The position numbers were made by a program, and so were the translations under genes. This document shows positions 1-9,909 of a stretch of DNA of 33,805 nucleotides, piece by piece. The stretch's first letter is position 1. Each line of letters begins with the position of its first letter. A model generated the notes under the pieces. The model did no database searches. It was not told where the DNA came from and saw only the letters and a list, made by a program, of their open reading frames with translations. The stretch covers positions 1 through 33,805 of the forward strand of contig JAGVWJ010000030.1 in assembly GCA_018304385.1 (NCBI GenBank). The letters run 5' to 3'. The DNA is from Candidatus Micrarchaeota archaeon. GTDB lineage: Archaea > Micrarchaeota > Micrarchaeia > Anstonellales > Bilamarchaeaceae.

Positions 1-12
1 CAGATAATACTC

Positions 13-1751
13 ATGTTTTTAAACTATAAAAATAACTATATAAAAAGGCTGGCTATGGTAATGAACCATACGCCTTGGGCAGTGGACAATATGAAAGAAC
101 GAAGCGCTGAACGTGTTGTTGGGATTACTGATTATTTCGTATCGCTTCCGCCAACAAAATATCTAATAATAGCGATAGTTTTACTTGGGTTTATATTCGG
201 ATTAATTATTAACTTTGGAAAATATAATGATATAGACCTTATTCTCAAAGGATCTGTAGACGGTATACTCCTATTATCAATACCTGCGCTAGTCTCTTCC
301 ATAGTTATAAAACTCATGATTAAAAAAATTTCATTCAAGCGCGTTGTAGCAACAACACTTGTTGGAGAGATAATATATACTATTACATACGCAGCAAGCT
401 TTTTTCTGAGCTCATACAACCCATCTTATGGAGAGATGATTGTTTTACTTGGGGCGGGCATTGCATTTATACTCTGGTATGCGGTTGCGCGATTAATATT
501 TATTCTGCGCTTTCGCTCTATTTTATTTGCAGTCATTCAACTATTGTTCCATCTAATATTTTTATTGAGTAGCAGTAAGATCTATGTAAGTGATGAACCA
601 ATTTTCTCTATTGCAAAGTTTTATGTTGCTGCGTTTGTATTGCTTGTTGCAATGTTTATTTTCTTCTTCATAGTAAACAGGCCATTAAAAAAGAGCTTCG
701 GCATAAGCAGCACAGATGCATTTAGTCATGTTGTAGGTCAATGGTTATACCAGGATAATGCCTTGGAAAAAACATTTGAATCTGTTGGCCAGGATGCAAA
801 AACCCTGCTTACACTATTTTCTTTTAAAAGAAAAAATGATAACATATTTCTAGTTGTGCCAAATGTGCATTTCGGACCTTTTGGCACGTTAGGTGGAAGC
901 GAATTCTCTCATCTAATTGCAAATGGATTATCAGCAAGATATAAAGCTAAGGCATTAGTGTTCCATGGAACTGCTACGCATGATCTGAATCCTGTTTCTA
1001 GCAAAGAGCTTGACAAAGTACTTGATGCTTTGGTTTAACACGCGCTCCGCTTGTAACAGAAGACATAAATTTTGGCGTTGGCTTATCTATTATTAATGAA
1101 GCTGAGAAAACCGTCTCTATTGCAGCAATCGCAGACCAGCATAATTCTGAGACTGGCGAAATAGTAAGCTTTGAGCCTGGCGATAAGGTAAGTTATAATT
1201 ATATAAGATCAGTTAACAATGCTTTATCAAAAAAACCAAAGTTTAAATCACTTAAAATAGGTTACGCAGAGCGCTATTTTGATTACAAATTTATAGGAAA
1301 GGCAGGGATAAAGGTGCTTGTTTTTTCATCTATGCCCGAATATGTTTTAGTGCTGGTTGATTCAAATGGAGTAGCCCCTGATTTTCGTGATAAGCTTATT
1401 AGCGAGATAAAAGATGTTGGTAAAAAATATAATAAAAACTGGCAAGTAGGTGTTTATACTACGGACACTCATCAAATAAATGTTGTTCGTGGCGTGCGCA
1501 ATCCACTTAGAGATGAAATCTCCTTAGTTGAAGAGATTAAGGCCGCAGTAGTTGAGGCAATGCTTGATATGCAATCCGCACAATTTTATGCAGCGAAAAA
1601 ATGGTTCGACATCCGAGTAATCGGTCCAAGACAAAGTATAGAAATTGTTTCTACATTGAATGCAACGATCTCACTTGCGAAATTTATTGCACCCTTGATT
1701 CTTATTGGTGGTATAGCTGCAGTTTTACTTATTCTAAGAAAAATAGGCTAG
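13..1751 (+). pseudogene. DUF2070-family archaeal membrane protein, split by a frame break at ~1026-1038 (pieces 13/91..1038 and ~1026..1751)
   Basis: Multi-TM N-terminus followed by VPNVHFGPFGTLGGS and FHGTATHDLNP, then TAA at 1036-1038. Frame 3 is open from 1026 and reads CFGLTRAPLVTEDINFGVG...IADQHNSETGE...DSNG...YTTDTHQIN into the 1314..1751 ORF. True start is uncertain (ATG at 55, 61 or 91). Confidence 0.75.
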
Positions 1752-2887
1752 ATGTTATTTCCGAATCTTTTTGGAGATATTAATTCTAAGAATGGATTAG
1801 ACTTTTCTTCCATAATGTCTATTATTTTTCTTCCAACAGTAGACCCAATTACTATTCCCTGATCACCCATGGCTATTGCTGCAAATACATTATCTTTTAT
1901 CCTACCTGCAATTGGAAGCAGATCTTTTGTTTTTGACCAGGAATCCCCCCATGTATGTTCTTGCATAAAATCAAGATTCTCATAGTAGTATTTTATCTTG
2001 TCCTTTGCTCCTTTGAAATAATATAATTCCAAAATTGCACGCGAATCATGCTCGTATATTATGTCATATTTATCTTCCAAAGTCCAGATTATCTTATGTT
2101 CTGGCCAAATAGCCTTTATCTGTGCTTCACTAAGTTTTTTACTTGCTAATATTACACTATTTTCAATAAAGAAATTCTTTTCCAAACCAAAAAATGGTTT
2201 TCTATTTGTTGCGAAAAGAAGCTTTTGAGTTTTTATTTTTGCTTTTGGTGTTTCAACAATTATAGAGTTGTTTTCTTCTTTATAGCTGATTAATGGAGAA
2301 CTATTATAGACTTCAATATTCGCAATTTTTGCTAACCCAACAGTATAAAGAGCTGGCGCGATCTTAATAACTGAATCTTGCTTTAATGCAGCAAGGAATT
2401 CTTTTCCAGTATAGTAATTTTTTATATCACTACTTTGTAATAACTCTCCTTGAAACCCGATACTCTTTAAACATGCTAATTCTTTTTCTAAAAATTCTTG
2501 CTCTTCTTCATTTTTTGCAACTATTAAAGCACCTGGTTTTCTTAGATCGCAAGAGAGGTTATCCTTTTCTATAATTTTCTCTATCAAACCTATACTCTCT
2601 TTGCTCTCTTCCCAAAGCATTTCTGCATTTTCTTTCCCATATAAATTTATAGAATCAACAAGATCTGTGCCAGTCCCATAATATAGGATACCAGAACTTG
2701 CACTGGTTGCTCCTGCACCAATTTCCTGCTCCTCTAGAACAACCACCTTATAGCCTTTTATCGCAAGGTGATAAGCAGAGGATATGCCTGCTATTCCAGC
2801 CCCTATGATTACAATATCTGCTGATGTATCTTTATCTAAAATTGGAAACTGCTCCTTTACGGGAAACAAAGGATTAGCTTGAGCCAT
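1748..2887 (-). CDS. FAD-dependent oxidoreductase, DAO/PuuB-like family
   Basis: Rossmann motif DIVIIGAGIAG, GAGATSASSGIL, C-terminal D-L-L-P-I-A-G and G-x-Q-G motifs. Substrate unknown. Confidence 0.85.
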   Translation of the reverse strand: MAQANPLFPVKEQFPILDKDTSADIVIIGAGIAGISSAYHLAIKGYKVVVLEEQEIGAGATSASSGILYYGTGTDLVDSINLYGKENAEMLWEESKESIGLIEKIIEKDNLSCDLRKPGALIVAKNEEEQEFLEKELACLKSIGFQGELLQSSDIKNYYTGKEFLAALKQDSVIKIAPALYTVGLAKIANIEVYNSSPLISYKEENNSIIVETPKAKIKTQKLLFATNRKPFFGLEKNFFIENSVILASKKLSEAQIKAIWPEHKIIWTLEDKYDIIYEHDSRAILELYYFKGAKDKIKYYYENLDFMQEHTWGDSWSKTKDLLPIAGRIKDNVFAAIAMGDQGIVIGSTVGRKIIDIMEEKSNPFLELISPKRFGNNI

Positions 2888-2920
2888 AATTTATATACTT
2901 AATCTGAGTTTATATAAGTT
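2888..2920. promoter_or_regulatory. 33-bp bidirectional promoter with two opposed TATA boxes
   Basis: TTTATATA at 2890-2897 (+) lies ~24 nt before msrB ATG 2921. TTATATAAA on the - strand at 2917-2909 lies ~22 nt before oxidoreductase ATG 2887. Confidence 0.6.
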
Positions 2921-3313
2921 ATGAAGATTCCAAAGAAAGAAGAAGAATGGAAGAAAAAACTAAGTCCTCAACAATACAAGATATTACGTGAACGCGGTAC
3001 AGAGATGGCATTTACTGGTGCATATTGGAAGAATAAAGAAAAGGGCATGTATGTTTGCGCTGGGTGCGGTGCTGAGCTATTTTCTTCTGAAAACAAATTT
3101 GAATCTGGCACAGGCTGGCCAAGCTTTTGGGAAGCAGTAGATAAGAAGAATATAGAACTAAAAGAAGATAATGAATTAGGTATGCGAAGAATAGAGGTTG
3201 TTTGCAAGAAGTGTGGCGGGCATTTGGGCCATGTTTTTGATGATGCACCGCAAACACCTAGCGGCAAGCGATATTGTATTAATTCCTGTGCACTTGAATT
3301 CAAAAAGAAATAA
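2921..3313 (+). CDS. msrB: Peptide-methionine (R)-S-oxide reductase MsrB
   Basis: GTEMAFTG, Zn ligands CAGC and [20 protein letters not shown], catalytic RYCINS. Confidence 0.97.
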   Translation: MKIPKKEEEWKKKLSPQQYKILRERGTEMAFTGAYWKNKEKGMYVCAGCGAELFSSENKFESGTGWPSFWEAVDKKNIELKEDNELGMRRIEVVCKKCGGHLGHVFDDAPQTPSGKRYCINSCALEFKKK

Positions 3314-3342
3314 TTATATAATTAGTATGTAAATGGATTAAC

Positions 3343-4842
3343 ATGAAAATTGGCACAATTATATCAACTGAAGAATCTCCTTCTACTTCTCAATTCATGT
3401 TTGTATTAGACAAAGATAAGGATACAGTAAAAAAAGGACAGTTTGTACAGGTAAATACAAAAGATGGCGAGCTTTTTGGATATGTAAACGAGCTATTTCG
3501 TGCGAATCGCTATTTTGAACGCGCTGAAAGCGTTGCTGAATATGAAAAAACAAACAGCATGAGTAAATTTCCAGTTGGAGAATGGGACTATTTATTAGGA
3601 GAGGTAAAAATACTTGGAACATTTAACAATGGAAGATTTTTACGTGCACATGCGCCACCTGCGCCTGGTGCAAAAGTAGGGATTGCAGATGATGAAATAC
3701 TAAAACATTTCCTTGGCTTTGTTGAAACTGGAATGAGCATTGGCAGCATACAACATCATAATGTAGATGCAAAAATAGATCTCACACGCTTGTTGCAAAA
3801 ACATCTTGCAATATTAGCTATGAGTGGCGCTGGAAAATCGCATCTAGCAAGCGTGCTTATAGAAGAATTACTTGAAAGAAAAAAAGAGCATGGAAGGATT
3901 GCAACTGTAATTATTGATATACATGGCGAGTATATTGGGTTTAAACTAGATGATAAATTTGGAGTAAAAACTACCTTGGTTGATGGAAGCGAGATTGCAT
4001 TTCCAGTGCGAAAGGTAACGCCTGAAATGATAGAAGAGTGGATGCCCACGCTTTCTGTTCCGCAACGCGAATTACTAAGACATGCAATGCATGATTTGAA
4101 GAAAACAGAAGGAAATTATGGGTTAAAGGAGATTGCCGAATACATAGAACAAAGCGATGTTGCCCGTGATGAGGTAAAAAGAACACTTAAGCGCGCTTTA
4201 TCAGAACTTAGAAGATACAAAATTCTTAGTACAAATAAAGAGAATCCGAATCTTCTTAATGATGTAAAACCTGGGGAGGTTTTAATTTTAGATTTTAGTA
4301 GTATAGATAGTTTAAGAAAAAAACAAATACTTGTTTCACTTATTGCACGCAGGCTGTTTAAGCTTAGGAAAAAAGAAAAAATTGCACCATTCTTATTATT
4401 GATAGAAGAGGCGCATAACTTTGCTCGTGAGAAGGCTGAGGCGCATGAGGCAATATCACGTAGCATTATTGAAACAATTGCACGCGAGGGTCGCAAGTTT
4501 GGTGCTTCACTTTGTTTGATTTCTCAAAGACCAGTAAATCTTTCTACTACTGCGTTATCTCAATGTTCAACTCATATTATACTGCGTGTAACTAATCCTA
4601 ATGATCTTGATCACATTCAAATGAGCGCTGAAGGAATAGATGCGCGTGTTGCTAAAAGTATAACTTCTTTGCGCGTTGGTGAGGCAATATTTGTTGGCGA
4701 GGCAGTTAATTATCCAATATTTGTGAATATTAGGGATAGAAAATCTACTAAGCGCGAGCGTGGATTGCCTTTGCACGAACAGGCTAAAACATTTGAAGAA
4801 ACTAGAAAGAAAAAAGAAGAACAGGTTGAAGCGTTTTTGTAA
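3343..4842 (+). CDS. herA: HerA-like (DUF87) ATPase with N-terminal HAS barrel
   Basis: KHLAILAMSGAGKS (Walker A), IIDIHGEY, LLIEEAHNF (Walker B), IAREGRKFG, LISQRP. Confidence 0.85.
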   Translation: MKIGTIISTEESPSTSQFMFVLDKDKDTVKKGQFVQVNTKDGELFGYVNELFRANRYFERAESVAEYEKTNSMSKFPVGEWDYLLGEVKILGTFNNGRFLRAHAPPAPGAKVGIADDEILKHFLGFVETGMSIGSIQHHNVDAKIDLTRLLQKHLAILAMSGAGKSHLASVLIEELLERKKEHGRIATVIIDIHGEYIGFKLDDKFGVKTTLVDGSEIAFPVRKVTPEMIEEWMPTLSVPQRELLRHAMHDLKKTEGNYGLKEIAEYIEQSDVARDEVKRTLKRALSELRRYKILSTNKENPNLLNDVKPGEVLILDFSSIDSLRKKQILVSLIARRLFKLRKKEKIAPFLLLIEEAHNFAREKAEAHEAISRSIIETIAREGRKFGASLCLISQRPVNLSTTALSQCSTHIILRVTNPNDLDHIQMSAEGIDARVAKSITSLRVGEAIFVGEAVNYPIFVNIRDRKSTKRERGLPLHEQAKTFEETRKKKEEQVEAFL

Positions 4843-5817
4843 TTACTTCTGTGCTAGCATTGTTGGTTTCCCTTTTGGGGCGATGAAATCATAAGAGATT
4901 ATCGCAACTGCGTCAAAAACATGCCCGAGTATATAACGAGTAGCAGATTCTTTTACTATGTGGCCACTAGAGATATGCGCCTGTGCTATCGCCGGCTCAT
5001 TTTCCTGCGAACCTAAATATTCAGATCCTGTATAAAGCGCTACATGTTCAACACGATATGGAATTCCATCCTTCCAAATTAGTTTATCCTTTGTATCGCT
5101 CTCATAAGTCTTTGCCATACTGGGACTTACTCTTTCTAAAAATGCTACAACATCACCTGGATGAGCATTGCTAAAAAAATTTAATACATTTGCAACTCTA
5201 TCACTGCGATTCTTGGGACCACGAAAAATATCTTTTTCTCCAAAAATTGCGTTCCCTTCTCCTCCTTCTAGCGCAGCTTTCAATGTATTCCCAACATTTG
5301 GGTTTAAAACAGCGCCGCCCGCCCTTAATGCATCTACAATAAATGTTGTGCAATCATAGACTTTACTTATTACGTAAATTTCTTTAGCAGTGAATCGCTC
5401 GTCAACTATGGCCAGAGGATGATAGTTATCTGGTAGCAGTGCTTGGGCGCTTTTCACAAGTTCCTTATCATCTACGTTAGTTGGTGCTGGTGCAACAGTT
5501 ACATAATTATTATCAATTCCAGGCCTAGTATAATTTATCACAGAAACTGGAAGTCCCTTGGCCATAGCTTTCATAACCCGTCCATCAGTTGGAACACCAG
5601 CCATATTGCCTTTTTTTATTATAGGAATATCCTCGCCTTCTGGGGTTTTTATGTGATCTAAAATTTTTCCTGGAGCAGTATTCTGTGCAATTATTCTATC
5701 TACTCTTTCAACAACAACAGCACGCTGCGTCTCTCTAAATTCATTATATGATAATAATCGTGACCTTTGCTCAGGTTTTGTTTCTATAGTTGGTTGAACT
5801 TCTTGCTTTTCTACCAT
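4843..5817 (-). CDS. Divergent NlpC/P60-superfamily (papain-like Cys-His) protein
   Basis: ELVKSAQALLPDNY, YDCTTFIVDAL (catalytic Cys), PGDVVAFL, EHVALYTG (catalytic His). No signal peptide. ATG directly follows the TAA of the upstream gene. Confidence 0.6.
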   Translation of the reverse strand: MVEKQEVQPTIETKPEQRSRLLSYNEFRETQRAVVVERVDRIIAQNTAPGKILDHIKTPEGEDIPIIKKGNMAGVPTDGRVMKAMAKGLPVSVINYTRPGIDNNYVTVAPAPTNVDDKELVKSAQALLPDNYHPLAIVDERFTAKEIYVISKVYDCTTFIVDALRAGGAVLNPNVGNTLKAALEGGEGNAIFGEKDIFRGPKNRSDRVANVLNFFSNAHPGDVVAFLERVSPSMAKTYESDTKDKLIWKDGIPYRVEHVALYTGSEYLGSQENEPAIAQAHISSGHIVKESATRYILGHVFDAVAIISYDFIAPKGKPTMLAQK

Positions 5818-6444
5818 TTATTTACCCCGCATAGATTTGATACTAGATTCGTTTGGTGTAACAGAAATAACCCCATCAAAATAGTTTCTTCTCATAAAAT
5901 CAATAAATGGTTCTTCGACAACAGCGTATTTTTCATCAAATGGGGAGGCGTGAATTATTTTACCATCTCCTACATAAATTGCAGTGTGCCAGACCCAATA
6001 ATTTCTCCCATTCTGCATAGCAACAGGTTTGTCATTTGGATTTATCATTTCATCTAGTAGAAGGATTACATCTCCGATTTTAAGATTCGCAAGAACATCC
6101 AACTTATAGCTCATAAAAACGATGGTCCTTTCTTCTCTATTTAATTGATTGATAAGTTGCGAAGGATATACACTCCATTTTTTCCAAGGCACTCCGAATA
6201 CTTCTTCTAGTGCCCTAAATATTAAACCAAGGCAGTCTAATCCCGGATATTTTTTAGTCATTCTACCCTCCCAATTGTAATTTACCCCTAAATATTTTCT
6301 TGCATGCGCAACCATACTATCACCAATATCTTGCCTAGATTCAACAGCTGGTTCTTTTTTAGCTAATAAATTTGTCGGTGCAGATGTTGCTGCAAATGCA
6401 AATAAAAATGCTGCTGCACGATATGTTAGTTTATGATTGAACAT
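5818..6444 (-). CDS. NlpC/P60 (C40) family peptidase, probably secreted
   Basis: Signal-like AAAFLFAFAATSA, ARKYLGVNYNWEG, GLDCLGLI, GDVILL, WHTAIYVGDGKIIHAS. Confidence 0.85.
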   Translation of the reverse strand: MFNHKLTYRAAAFLFAFAATSAPTNLLAKKEPAVESRQDIGDSMVAHARKYLGVNYNWEGRMTKKYPGLDCLGLIFRALEEVFGVPWKKWSVYPSQLINQLNREERTIVFMSYKLDVLANLKIGDVILLLDEMINPNDKPVAMQNGRNYWVWHTAIYVGDGKIIHASPFDEKYAVVEEPFIDFMRRNYFDGVISVTPNESSIKSMRGK

Positions 6445-6518
6445 GCTAACATTATATTTCGAAGAATTTAAATAGCAAACTATTATACATTTTTTAATCT
6501 TCTCCTAGAATAATAAGC

Positions 6519-7313
6519 ATGCGACAAATCCTAGCAATCTTATTATTAATATCATTTGCATTTTCTGTAACTGTTACTGAACCAGTAGGAATAGATGTTA
6601 AAAGCGGAGACCTTATTGAAGCAGGTGAAATTGGGCCTGGCCAGACTATTCTAATTACAGTAGAACCGCACGTAAGCGAAGGTGGAAAATTTGGTCAAGG
6701 TGGGGATTATGATCTTGCTATCCCAACTGACTTACCTGCTAACTGGGAAGGAAAACAAAGCAAACTATACGGCAAACCATTACAAATATTTATAACTGCT
6801 GCAAAGGATGCCCCAGAAGGCGAATATCTTGCCAATATTACTGTGCAGGATGCTAATGATGACAGAATAGATGAAATAAAATTTGCAGTAAAGATAAAAA
6901 TAACCTGGGATGTTCTTGATATTGATGTTACCCCTTCTGAAGTAAGTGTTGGGCCTGGCCAACCTGCTCGTTATGAAATATCAATAACTAACAAAGGAAC
7001 TGCAAGCGATGTGTTTGATGTTAGCAGCACTGGATTGAAAAAGTGGCAGTTTAAGCGGTCTGTGCATGTACCGCCAAAAAGCACAAAAACAGTTACTTAT
7101 GAACTAGTAGAAAATGATGAAGAAACGTATAATCCTACTATAATAGTGAGTTCAAGTGCAAGTAATTTAATAAAAAAAGAGAAAACAGTTAGTTTTAAGG
7201 TTAATACTAATTTAGTAAGCGATTATAAGGCAACCAACCATGGAGTAATAATAATGCCTATTTTTGAAAGCATGGTCTATTCGTTTATTGGGTTTATATC
7301 TAATTTATTTTAA
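6519..7313 (+). CDS. Secreted/membrane-anchored protein with Ig-like beta-sandwich segments
   Basis: Signal peptide MRQILAILLLISFAFS; beta-rich motifs APEGEYLANITV and PGQPARYEISITNKG; hydrophobic C-terminus. Confidence 0.65.
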   Translation: MRQILAILLLISFAFSVTVTEPVGIDVKSGDLIEAGEIGPGQTILITVEPHVSEGGKFGQGGDYDLAIPTDLPANWEGKQSKLYGKPLQIFITAAKDAPEGEYLANITVQDANDDRIDEIKFAVKIKITWDVLDIDVTPSEVSVGPGQPARYEISITNKGTASDVFDVSSTGLKKWQFKRSVHVPPKSTKTVTYELVENDEETYNPTIIVSSSASNLIKKEKTVSFKVNTNLVSDYKATNHGVIIMPIFESMVYSFIGFISNLF

Positions 7314-7331
7314 AAAATCTTTTTAGTATAA

Positions 7332-7736
7332 TTATCTAACCCCATAGTATGACTTTTCAGTGCCGGCGATAATAGAACACTCATTTGAAACTGGACACAA
7401 GGAATACTGTTGTTTACATCCGCCAGTTCTACAGATATCAACTGACCAATCAACGCTACATAAATTATTACCACTAGCATCAAAAAAAGGATTAATTCCG
7501 TGCCCACCACGGGTTCCGGCATATACCTCAAAAAAAACTTCTTTTTTTTCGTTAGTGCACTTTCTTAGCATGTAAAAACATTCTTCCCCGCAGTTATAAC
7601 TAAACTTTGAAGTAAGGTAACTTAAGTGAACGTTAAACGGAATTCTCTCAGAAAATAGTAATATTATGTCTAAAATATAGATAATAAAAACTAATAAAAT
7701 TGCAAAGATTAATAGAGTAATATATCTATTTTTCAT
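7332..7736 (-). CDS. Small N-terminally anchored 8-Cys protein (paralogue of 7873..8268)
   Basis: N-terminal TM helix and 8 Cys spaced like those of the neighbouring gene. Confidence 0.7.
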   Translation of the reverse strand: MKNRYITLLIFAILLVFIIYILDIILLFSERIPFNVHLSYLTSKFSYNCGEECFYMLRKCTNEKKEVFFEVYAGTRGGHGINPFFDASGNNLCSVDWSVDICRTGGCKQQYSLCPVSNECSIIAGTEKSYYGVR

Positions 7737-7872
7737 ATCCTTACCTTATTCCAATCTTTTCTTTAAATCTTTTAATTTTTTTGTTTTACTGTCTATTAAA
7801 AATGTTTCATAAAGATTAAAACGTTGGAAATTTTTCCATCAATGGTTTTGATCTTGATGGTGTATGTTTTAA

Positions 7873-8268
7873 TTATTGTAAATCCTTGCCCTCCCATTCA
7901 ACAATTTTCTTGCATTCTTTTATTTGCGGGCAGCCTTTATGAAAATCTTCTGGACAGCCACCTTTACATTCACCGAAAGACCATTTTGAGTCGCATATAA
8001 CCTGCCCATTATTATCTAGGTAAGTATCTCTTCCACTACCTTGCTGGCTACCCCCACCGACTAGATACACTGTACTCTGATTTATGTCCTTACATATCTC
8101 TATACTAGAAAAACAATAGTCACAAGAGTATTGAGATTTTAAATTATTGTATTGAAGTGAAACAAAGAAGGGTACTTGTTTAGTAAGAGTTATAACAATC
8201 ATTTCATATGAAAGCGCAATTAACAGAATAATAAATCCAAAAATAAGTAGAGTTACTTTCGTATCCAT
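7873..8268 (-). CDS. Small N-terminally anchored 8-Cys protein (paralogue of 7332..7736)
   Basis: AGGTGA SD before ATG; TLLIF TM start; 8 conserved Cys. Confidence 0.7.
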   Translation of the reverse strand: MDTKVTLLIFGFIILLIALSYEMIVITLTKQVPFFVSLQYNNLKSQYSCDYCFSSIEICKDINQSTVYLVGGGSQQGSGRDTYLDNNGQVICDSKWSFGECKGGCPEDFHKGCPQIKECKKIVEWEGKDLQ

Positions 8269-8286
8269 TTTTTCACCTTATATCTT

Positions 8287-9909
8287 TTACGAATTCTTTA
8301 ATTTTTTTTCTGATAAAAACGATTCATAAGTAAATAATCCCCATCCATTCGCATCAATTTCTCTTACTACGGCTACGCTAGATTTTAATGATTTTATAGT
8401 GTCATCTGCTTCTTCAAATAGGGAACAACTCTCTAGTTTACCTCTACAGACCCAACCTCTTAAAATTGGAATTAATTTTTTATTTGGATGCTGTTCCTTA
8501 AGCATTGATGCCCGTTTTTTAACTTCGTCATCACCTTCAAAACCGGCAAAGTAGGTGTATTCCATAGGCATAATCATATCTAAATATATTAAAATACCAT
8601 TCTGTCCAACCCCTTGTCTAGGACCTTCTCCTGCCTTAACATCGGCAGACAAAGTAACTTTTGGAAATCTTTCTCTTACCTGCCTTACAAAATCAGTAAC
8701 TGCATCAGCATTTACAATAACTTCATAACCTTCTGGAGAATCTGAATAGCGAATGTAATCCAAATTAATCCCTACCAAAGGATATCTCTTTCGATTTCCC
8801 AAAATCTCCGCTAATATTTTTAATTGATATTCAACAACCTGCGGATTTAATGGTTCTGCAAATTCCCTTAGTTGTATTACTTCTTCTGGCTTACCCCCTC
8901 CTGTTAAAGAACTAAAGAAATCTCCGATTGGTGTAAAAATATCTCTGTTTCGCATTGCAACTTGTGGTTGAATCTCTGCAGCGTACGGATCCCTGAATAC
9001 AGGAAACCATGCATGAAACCGTATTTCTTTTTTTGGTTTTTGGCCGTATGTACTTTTACAAGTAGTCATTAAATTTCCTATTGGATCAAAACCATTGTCA
9101 ATAGCCTGCTTGAAACTGGGACTTACACGCTCAGGATAATTTTTACTATCATAAAGCAGTTCTCCATAATTTCCACATCCCTTTCCTTCATGATCCACTT
9201 TGAATGGAAGAAAAACATCTGTGACGCCGCTTTCCTTAAGATCTTCACAAACACTTTTTAAGCTTCCGCCACCAACCAAGGTAGCTCTTCTAAATCCAGG
9301 CAACCCCGGAACAACTTTATCTCCTGCTGGATTTGTAGGAAATCCAGGCGGACCTTTTCTAAATCCAAAAGATTCATATAATTGTCCTTCACAAGGCCTG
9401 ATAAAAACAGCCCTGATTGTTTCATCTTTCTTTTTTGCTCCAACTCTCATGCATGTATATTTAGTAGCTCCGAGACCGCCTCCAGAACCGCTCATCTTCA
9501 AAATAAGATTACCATTCTTATCCAAATGGCCAGAGCCATTTCTGACACTAGTTGCAGTATTAAAATTATAAGTAAACCTTGTTTCGCTATCGAGCTCTAT
9601 TGGAAATTTTGCTCCACTTTGCGTAATGAGAGTGTATTTTCCATTCCTTTCTTTTATTGAAACTCTATTGCTTACCTGAACACCGAATGATCTGAGAATT
9701 TCCGTTTGACTATCCAAAGAACAGGAATATGTTCCAGCCAATGGATAGTTTTGCTTGCTTCCATCTTCTAATTTTTCCTCAATTTTATTCTTTGCAGCTT
9801 CAAAGTATCTAACCCCTTTTCTGAAGTACTCTGGCTTAAAATAATAGGTTGCAGCTACAGCTATTGCACTAACCAAAAGCACTTTTTTAGTGGTTTCCCA
9901 AAAGCCCAT
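8287..9909 (-). CDS. Membrane-anchored family-10-like glycoside hydrolase (GHL10, DigH/YddW-like TIM barrel)
   Basis: GVTDVFLPFK, GELLYDS, GFDPIG, RFHAWFPVF, PLNPQVVEY, GINLDYIRY, DMIMPMEY. N-terminal anchor plus an extra ~150-aa N-domain. Confidence 0.75.
   Translation of the reverse strand: MGFWETTKKVLLVSAIAVAATYYFKPEYFRKGVRYFEAAKNKIEEKLEDGSKQNYPLAGTYSCSLDSQTEILRSFGVQVSNRVSIKERNGKYTLITQSGAKFPIELDSETRFTYNFNTATSVRNGSGHLDKNGNLILKMSGSGGGLGATKYTCMRVGAKKKDETIRAVFIRPCEGQLYESFGFRKGPPGFPTNPAGDKVVPGLPGFRRATLVGGGSLKSVCEDLKESGVTDVFLPFKVDHEGKGCGNYGELLYDSKNYPERVSPSFKQAIDNGFDPIGNLMTTCKSTYGQKPKKEIRFHAWFPVFRDPYAAEIQPQVAMRNRDIFTPIGDFFSSLTGGGKPEEVIQLREFAEPLNPQVVEYQLKILAEILGNRKRYPLVGINLDYIRYSDSPEGYEVIVNADAVTDFVRQVRERFPKVTLSADVKAGEGPRQGVGQNGILIYLDMIMPMEYTYFAGFEGDDEVKKRASMLKEQHPNKKLIPILRGWVCRGKLESCSLFEEADDTIKSLKSSVAVVREIDANGWGLFTYESFLSEKKLKNS

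Noticed and set aside
1-46. Possible start of a divergent minus-strand gene (ATG at 14, TATA-like box ~23 nt upstream)
   Set aside because: Only four codons are inside the window, too little to call.
3343-4842. HerA as part of an anti-phage system or a nurA-rad50-mre11 operon
   Set aside because: No adjacent nuclease, Sir2 or repair genes; the neighbours are msrB and a convergent gene.
7741-7866. Possible gene remnant (HTPSRSKPLMEKFP / FNLYETFLIDSK...) between the 8-Cys paralogues
   Set aside because: Very short, split across frames, and not recognisable.
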